Origin: Fibrobacteria bacterium
GTDB lineage: Bacteria > Fibrobacterota > Fibrobacteria > UBA11236
Length of the DNA stretch: 64,000 nucleotides
Assembly: GCA_043745805.1 (NCBI GenBank)
Contig: JAYTSD010000028.1
Coordinates: forward strand, 1 to 64,000
Direction of reading: 5' to 3'
The notes below the pieces were generated by a model. It was not told the origin of the DNA, did not search any database, and saw only the letters and a list, made by a program, of their open reading frames with translations. The translations under genes were made by a program, and so were the position numbers. The stretch's first letter is position 1. The number at the start of each line of letters is the position of its first letter. This document shows positions 58,658 to 64,000 of the stretch, one piece after another.

Positions 58658-59499
58658 AGTTATATCTTAACGGAATCTTCCTAATTTTGTTTTTCGCCTG
58701 TAAATTAACTTTGGCTTTTCATTGTGATGACTCTCGTGGAGCCAGCCAAAATTTGCCTTTAGATATAGGTCCAAGCGATACTTTGGCGAAGCTTCCATAT
58801 ACTATGCATTGTGACACAATGTGGGTTCCTAAGGGCCAAATTACCCGTATTCATGCGGGTAGCCATTTATTTTTTGCGAAAAGTATTGCCGACGGCTGGA
58901 TAAAAGTTGAGGGTGTTTTAAAAATTGAAGGCAGTAAAGATAATTATGTATTCATTTCCGGGGCGGTAGAAAATATAAAGGGAAATTTACAACCCACAGC
59001 AAAAAAATGGAATGGAATAGAAGTTACCCCTAATGGTGAATTGGAAATGAAATTCGTTGGGGTGACTAATGCACCCAATGCGATTACCGCTTTTTCAAAC
59101 AAAGTAAAAATCACTAATTCTTGGTTTAAAGGATCTTCGGGATTGTATTTCCCTGATGGAAGCTTGTATAAAATGGAACCTAAATGGGAAGCTATTAATG
59201 CCATTGATTTTGCACAAGGTAACACCAATGTTTTACCTATTGCGACAACACCCAAGGCTGCAAACTCAGCACCCAAAGAAGATAAACTTTCTGCTAATGA
59301 AAAATCGTCCTTATTTAAAAACCCAAACCCATGGAGTATGGGAAAAAAAATAGGGGCGGCTTCTGCATTAGGTGTGGTAGGGATTGTAGGCGGTTACTGG
59401 ATTTTTCATGGGAAGAGTTCAGGATCGGGAAATACCGATCCTGACAATGCTAAACTCTCGCCTTTGGATCCACTGGGTGATATCCCTTTTCCGAAGTAA
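58654..59499 (+). CDS. Hypothetical exported protein with short beta-helix-like domain and C-terminal TM
   Basis: Signal peptide; 'IKVEGVLKIEGSKDNYVFI...WNGI' pattern; C-terminal hydrophobic helix. Confidence 0.7.
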   Translation: MKLYLNGIFLILFFACKLTLAFHCDDSRGASQNLPLDIGPSDTLAKLPYTMHCDTMWVPKGQITRIHAGSHLFFAKSIADGWIKVEGVLKIEGSKDNYVFISGAVENIKGNLQPTAKKWNGIEVTPNGELEMKFVGVTNAPNAITAFSNKVKITNSWFKGSSGLYFPDGSLYKMEPKWEAINAIDFAQGNTNVLPIATTPKAANSAPKEDKLSANEKSSLFKNPNPWSMGKKIGAASALGVVGIVGGYWIFHGKSSGSGNTDPDNAKLSPLDPLGDIPFPK

Positions 59500-59572
59500 T
59501 TGTTTTTCCACAAACCAAAAACAAACGCATTTTATTTTAAAAATGAATAAATGAGCATTTAAACCACAATTT

Positions 59573-59740
59573 GTACCTAACTTATTTATAATATAAAGTA
59601 AAATATTAGGTACTTTTATATAGTGTCCGCAAAATTTTGAGTTCAAATAGCTTTAATTATCTAAAAAACCTTAAAAAATGATTAAAAAAATGATTTTATA
59701 CCTAATAAAATTGTATTAAACTTAATAAGTTAGGTATAAA
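59573..59740. promoter_or_regulatory. Two related inverted-repeat operators upstream of the nucleotidyltransferase pair
   Basis: GTACCTAA...TTAGGTAC (59573-59613) and TTTATACCTAA...TTAGGTATAAA (59695-59740). Confidence 0.55.
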
Positions 59741-59742
59741 TT

Positions 59743-60063
59743 ATGAGTATTATCTTTGGCATTTTAAAAGAAGAAAACGAGCGACTTAAAGAAGCTATGA
59801 AGCTTTATGCAGAACGTGTGGAAAAATTACCGCGCGGAACTCCATGGGTAAAAAAACGTGGCGAGCGAAAATATGCTTACCTGGCTTATCACGAAGAAGG
59901 AACGGTGCATTTTGATTATGTAGCGCCCATACCTTCGATTAAATATGATACCATGTTGCAAATGGTGAAGGAGCGTAACCTATTAGTTACTAGTCTAAAG
60001 AACATGCGCAAGGATTTAATGATAATCGAAAGGACATTGCGCAATGTCAGTCGAGCGAAGTGA
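59743..60063 (+). CDS. Small helix-beta-helix protein, partner of the nucleotidyltransferase
   Basis: 'LPRGTPWVKKRGERKYAYLAYHEEGTVHFDYV' flanked by coiled coils; overlaps the next gene. Confidence 0.7.
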   Translation: MSIIFGILKEENERLKEAMKLYAERVEKLPRGTPWVKKRGERKYAYLAYHEEGTVHFDYVAPIPSIKYDTMLQMVKERNLLVTSLKNMRKDLMIIERTLRNVSRAK

Positions 60064-60742
60064 ACCTCATAATGATATATTTCTCTTAGTTCTCAAAGCT
60101 TTGAATGAAGCGGGGGCCTTAAACGAACTTGTGCTTATAGGGAGTTGGTGTCTCTTGCTTTATCGGCAGCATTTTAACAATAACGATCTTATACCAGCGG
60201 TACGCACAACCGATATCGATCTTTTGGTACCTCGACCAAGCAAACCTATGCGGGAAGTGGATATACCGAAAGTCTTAGCGAGCGTGGGATTTTTGGAACA
60301 AGTTGCTTGGATAACAGGCTACTGTAAGTTTAATCGCGAAGGTTTTGTAGTAGAATTTCTAACTCCATTGCGGGGAAGCGTAGAAGAGCAGGTAACATTG
60401 GTGAAACCTCTTAAGATAACTGCACAAGGTTTACGACACTTGAATTATCAAGAAGATGAGCTTATGACTTTATATTATCATGGTTTTGCGGTGCGAGTAC
60501 CACGCCCGGAACTTTATACTCTGTTTAAGTTCATTGTGCATGAAGAACGAAAAAATCCTGCGAAGAAAGAAAAAGATTTGGATACAGCACAACAGTTGGC
60601 GCGTTTCTTGATGGAGAGTGAAAGTGGACGTGCGGGCCTACTGTGGGCTTTTTCACGTTTGACTAAAAAAGAGCGACAAGCGGTTTTGCGAATAGTAATA
60701 GACAAGGCCCCTTTACTGGGGGCTTTGTTCCAAAGTGTATAG
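60044..60742 (+). CDS. GSU2403-like nucleotidyltransferase-fold protein
   Basis: 'LVLIGSWC', 'RTTDIDLLV', 'VEFLTP', 'VPRPELYTLFK', 'KKEKD'. Confidence 0.8.
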   Translation: MSVERSEPHNDIFLLVLKALNEAGALNELVLIGSWCLLLYRQHFNNNDLIPAVRTTDIDLLVPRPSKPMREVDIPKVLASVGFLEQVAWITGYCKFNREGFVVEFLTPLRGSVEEQVTLVKPLKITAQGLRHLNYQEDELMTLYYHGFAVRVPRPELYTLFKFIVHEERKNPAKKEKDLDTAQQLARFLMESESGRAGLLWAFSRLTKKERQAVLRIVIDKAPLLGALFQSV

Positions 60743-60804
60743 AGATAGGTATCACCTGAGTTATATGAGTATTTGACAATACCCATCATTACACAATAAG
60801 TTTC

Positions 60805-61917
60805 TCACACATTCGACAAGAAATGCACGATGTCGCCATCTTGCATGACATATTCTTTCCCTTCAGTACGTACTACACCCTTTTCTTTAGCGGCTGGCCA
60901 ATTGCCAAACTTTATAAAATCAACAAAGCCAAGTACTTCGGCGCGAATAAATCCCCGTTCCAAATCGCTATGAATAACCCCTGCAGCGGCGGGAGCTTTC
61001 CAACCTTTATGAATAGTCCAAGCGCGGGTTTCTTGTGGACCGGCAGTTAAATAAGTTTGTAGGCCTAGCATATCAAAGCCTTTGCGAATCACTTGATCTA
61101 AGCCACTTTCTTTTAAACCCATTTCATGCAGAAAAGTTTCTTTTTCATCTTCACTTAATTCTGCAATTTCACTTTCAATTTTTCCACTTATAGAAAGGAC
61201 GTCACAATTTTGGTCTTTGGCATAAGTTTGAAGAGCAGTTAAATGCGCATTGCCCGTTTGAATTTCGTCTTCACGCATATTGGCGCAATAGAACATGGGT
61301 TTGGTGGTTAATAAACCTAAATCTTTAATGCTAAAGGATTCTTCTTCGGTTAAATCCGCGTTCCGACCGGGTTTAGTATTGTTGAATACTTCCATTAACT
61401 TTTCCATAGCCGAAACACGAAGTTTAACCTCTTTGGCTTCCTTTGGATCGCTGATGGCTGTGGGTGATAGCTTTTTATCACGACCTAGTTTTTTACTCAC
61501 GGTGTCCATATCGCGCAGGATTAATTCCATGTTTACAATATCCGCATCAAAAACAGGATCTATCTTGCCTACTACATGGGTAACATCAATGTCTTCAAAA
61601 CAACGAACCACATGCATAATGGCATCGGTTTCTCGAATATGCGAAAGAAATTGATTGCCTAAGCCTTCCCCTTGCGAGGCGCCCTTAACTAATCCTGCGA
61701 TGTCAACGAATTGCATTATCGCGGGAATTTCCTTCTTGGATTTGTAAACCGTGGATAATTGGCGAATCCGTTTATCAGGAATATTAACCATACCCACATT
61801 GGGTTCTTTAGTGCAGAAAGGAAAATTGGCAGCTTCTGCTCCTGCGCTTGTTAAAGCATTGAAAATTGTGGATTTTCCAACATTAGGTAAACCGACTATT
61901 CCACATTTAAATCCCAT
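60805..61917 (-). CDS. ychF: Redox-regulated ATPase YchF
   Basis: Start reassigned to MGFKCGIVGLPNVGKST; 'FVDIAGLVKGASQGEGLGNQFL'; TGS domain 'EGKEYVMQDGD'. Confidence 0.97.
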   Translation of the reverse strand: MGFKCGIVGLPNVGKSTIFNALTSAGAEAANFPFCTKEPNVGMVNIPDKRIRQLSTVYKSKKEIPAIMQFVDIAGLVKGASQGEGLGNQFLSHIRETDAIMHVVRCFEDIDVTHVVGKIDPVFDADIVNMELILRDMDTVSKKLGRDKKLSPTAISDPKEAKEVKLRVSAMEKLMEVFNNTKPGRNADLTEEESFSIKDLGLLTTKPMFYCANMREDEIQTGNAHLTALQTYAKDQNCDVLSISGKIESEIAELSEDEKETFLHEMGLKESGLDQVIRKGFDMLGLQTYLTAGPQETRAWTIHKGWKAPAAAGVIHSDLERGFIRAEVLGFVDFIKFGNWPAAKEKGVVRTEGKEYVMQDGDIVHFLSNV

Positions 61918-62103
61918 TAAAAAGCTCCTGAAACAATTTTTGAACAGGGGAAAGTTAATCTGGCAGGGCAGAGGTTGCAATAAAAAGCCGAAAAATGCTT
62001 AAAAAAGCTAAATCTGGATAAATTTGCCAGATTTGCGAGATGCCTTTTTTATGAGATAATAAAAATGCATGTTTCATTTTGGGTTTTAGAGAGACAAAGG
62101 GTT

Positions 62104-63828
62104 ATGGCCAAAGCCGCAAACCGGAGTAATTTACGAAAGCAATTGCTGCGCATTCAGCGTGAGCATTATGAACGCAATGCCCGTTTGGTGAAACAAAGTT
62201 TAACACCTAATAAAGCCGTTTCAAAATATGGTCGAGAATATGCGCGTTACCTAAAAAATTACGAAGCGATAGCCTCTAAAGCGGAATTAATAAAAAATGT
62301 TTTAGCGAGCGATATAGTGTATCACGGCGATTATCATCCATTGCGACATTCGCAAAGAGCTATTCTGGCTGTGCTCGAACAAATTGCCGATAAGCGAAAA
62401 ATAATTTTGTGTTTAGAAATGTTTCATGCGACGGATCAAAATCGTTTGGATCAATATTTACGCGGTGAATTAGATGAAAAAACTTTTTTACAAAAAATCG
62501 ATTATGCGGGTAAATGGGCTTATAATTTTAATCCTTGGCGGCACATTTTAAATTTTTGTCGCGCTAATAATATTGCGGTATTGGGAATTAATCGGGCAGT
62601 GGAGAATGGAGAAGATTCTTTATTGCAACGCGATATTTTTTCCGCACAAATCATCGGTAAAGCTTGTATCGCGAATCCAGAGGCTTTAGTTTATGTGATA
62701 GATGGCGATTATCATATTTCCCCTAATCATTTGCCCTTACAAGTGGAGTCGCGTGTAGCGCCCTTAGGAGTCACTTTAAAGCGCACTATCATTTATCAAA
62801 ATGCCGAAAATCTTTTTTGGAAATTGGCGGAAGAAGGATTAGAAGAAGCTGATGTTTTGCAAATTCGCGCCGATGCTTTTTGTTTAATGAATACTATGCC
62901 GGCAAATAAATCCCAATCGTATTTGCATTGGTTAGAATATGCCGAAGAAGGTTATTATCCTGTTAAGGGGCATTGGGCAGAACTTTCCGGAGAAAATTAT
63001 TTTTTAGTTTTGCAAAGTTTAATTCAAGATTTGGATAGTATTTTTACTTTGAATTTTCCCATGTCCGCTTTGGATCGTCTAACGGTTTATTCCTCACGCA
63101 ACCTAGACTTTATGGAAATTATTCAGGACACTCCTGAGTTACGTAAAAGTTTGCGTCAGGTAAAGTCAAAAATAAAATTAGACGAAGGTTTTTTACTGGA
63201 TTATTTACGCGGCAAATCCCATTCCTATATTATTTATTTGCCTAATTCGAGTATTAATATGGCCGCCGAAGAAGCGACGCATTTTATCCATGCTGTATTG
63301 CGTGGACCCAATAAAACCGTATCGGGCTTTGATTATTTTTATCGCAATCTTTTAACGGAAGCTCTGGGATTTTTCGGTTCCAAGCTTATTAATGAAAAGC
63401 GCAAAGCGCCTTCGGAAACGGCTTTGAAAGTGTGGTTGGGTCGTTTACGTAAAGGCGTAGATTTTATTTCCAAAAAAGAAGCGACGCGTTTTGAAAATAC
63501 AGCTCGTTTGATGTTGCAACATTTTCATTTGGAGCGTCGCCAAGCAACGGAAATAGATTTCCGCAAAAAATTTATGGAAATCTATTCCGAAAAAAATCCG
63601 CAAGCACAAATTTTAAGTACGCAAATGGGTTATGCTTTAGGTAATAAACTTTATGAAGCGGTTAAAAAAGGACTCATTCCACTTAAAGAAATACGCCAAT
63701 TATTTTTTGAGAAAATGGATGTTTCAGGACATGCATTTACACGTTACCTAGAGTTTAATGAAAAATTGAAGCCTAAACGCTCATCCTCTAAAGAAAACTT
63801 GCCCAGCTTACCCAAAAAAGCCGCTTAA
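62104..63828 (+). CDS. ChaN-like (EreA/ChaN fold) domain protein with C-terminal extension
   Basis: 'DIVYHGDYH', 'LCLEMF...Q..LDQYL.G.LDE..FL', 'QRD', 'GDYH'; start probably MAKAANRS. Confidence 0.7.
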   Translation: MAKAANRSNLRKQLLRIQREHYERNARLVKQSLTPNKAVSKYGREYARYLKNYEAIASKAELIKNVLASDIVYHGDYHPLRHSQRAILAVLEQIADKRKIILCLEMFHATDQNRLDQYLRGELDEKTFLQKIDYAGKWAYNFNPWRHILNFCRANNIAVLGINRAVENGEDSLLQRDIFSAQIIGKACIANPEALVYVIDGDYHISPNHLPLQVESRVAPLGVTLKRTIIYQNAENLFWKLAEEGLEEADVLQIRADAFCLMNTMPANKSQSYLHWLEYAEEGYYPVKGHWAELSGENYFLVLQSLIQDLDSIFTLNFPMSALDRLTVYSSRNLDFMEIIQDTPELRKSLRQVKSKIKLDEGFLLDYLRGKSHSYIIYLPNSSINMAAEEATHFIHAVLRGPNKTVSGFDYFYRNLLTEALGFFGSKLINEKRKAPSETALKVWLGRLRKGVDFISKKEATRFENTARLMLQHFHLERRQATEIDFRKKFMEIYSEKNPQAQILSTQMGYALGNKLYEAVKKGLIPLKEIRQLFFEKMDVSGHAFTRYLEFNEKLKPKRSSSKENLPSLPKKAA

Positions 63829-63888
63829 ACTCGATTAATTCATAAGCCACGGGGACAAATTAATGAGTTCCCTTTTTACCTTTACAAT

Positions 63889-64000
63889 ATGTTGAAAATT
63901 ATGAGTTTCCTATTTTTGGTGATGACATTTTCCCTTTTTGCGGAAACAAAAAATTATATAGCGGTTTTTTCCGAACAACAAACTCTTTGGCCTGCATTGA
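63889..64000 (+). CDS. Partial ORF with signal-peptide-like N-terminus (runs off window)
   Basis: MLKIMSFLFLVMTFSLFAETKNYIAVF..., open to the window end. Confidence 0.4.
   Translation, partial: MLKIMSFLFLVMTFSLFAETKNYIAVFSEQQTLWPAL

Overview
About 49.6 kb of the window (1 to ~49,600) looks like an integrative conjugative element (ICE) whose right end is a tRNA-Gly(GCC) gene (49601-49676, minus strand), next to an excisionase and a tyrosine integrase. I found no left att site, so the element probably extends beyond base 1. It encodes a Replic_Relax-type putative relaxase with a VirD4/TraD coupling protein, and a leading-region-like cluster (SpoVG-like, RadC/JAB, ArdC, SSB) in which three transcription units are each preceded by a 240-270 nt fold-back. 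It also encodes a ribbon-helix-helix (RHH) regulator, and a shared AT-rich operator with 11-bp periodicity lies upstream of the transfer operons. The type IV secretion system (T4SS) is very divergent: VirB2, VirB3, an ATPase-less VirB4-N-terminal-like protein, VirB4, several secreted helical proteins, three tandem VirB6 paralogues and VirB8/9/10-like proteins, with no recognisable VirB11. The T4SS genes are split by a ~14.5 kb cassette of exported proteins. Its centre is a ~3,820-aa protein with an N-terminal lipase-type alpha/beta-hydrolase, Ig/FlgD-like and ZU5-like regions, four C-terminal repeats and a lectin-like end, followed by a lipoprotein gene with an in-frame G11 tract. Right of the tRNA is mostly ordinary chromosome: Smr domain, DUF3810-like, ZIP transporter, rfaD, nth, a T9SS-tail protein, a GSU2403-like nucleotidyltransferase pair, ychF and a ChaN-like protein. 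The host is probably a diderm FCB-group bacterium, possibly Fibrobacterota (weak inference). All family calls come from reading motifs by eye; no database searches were run.
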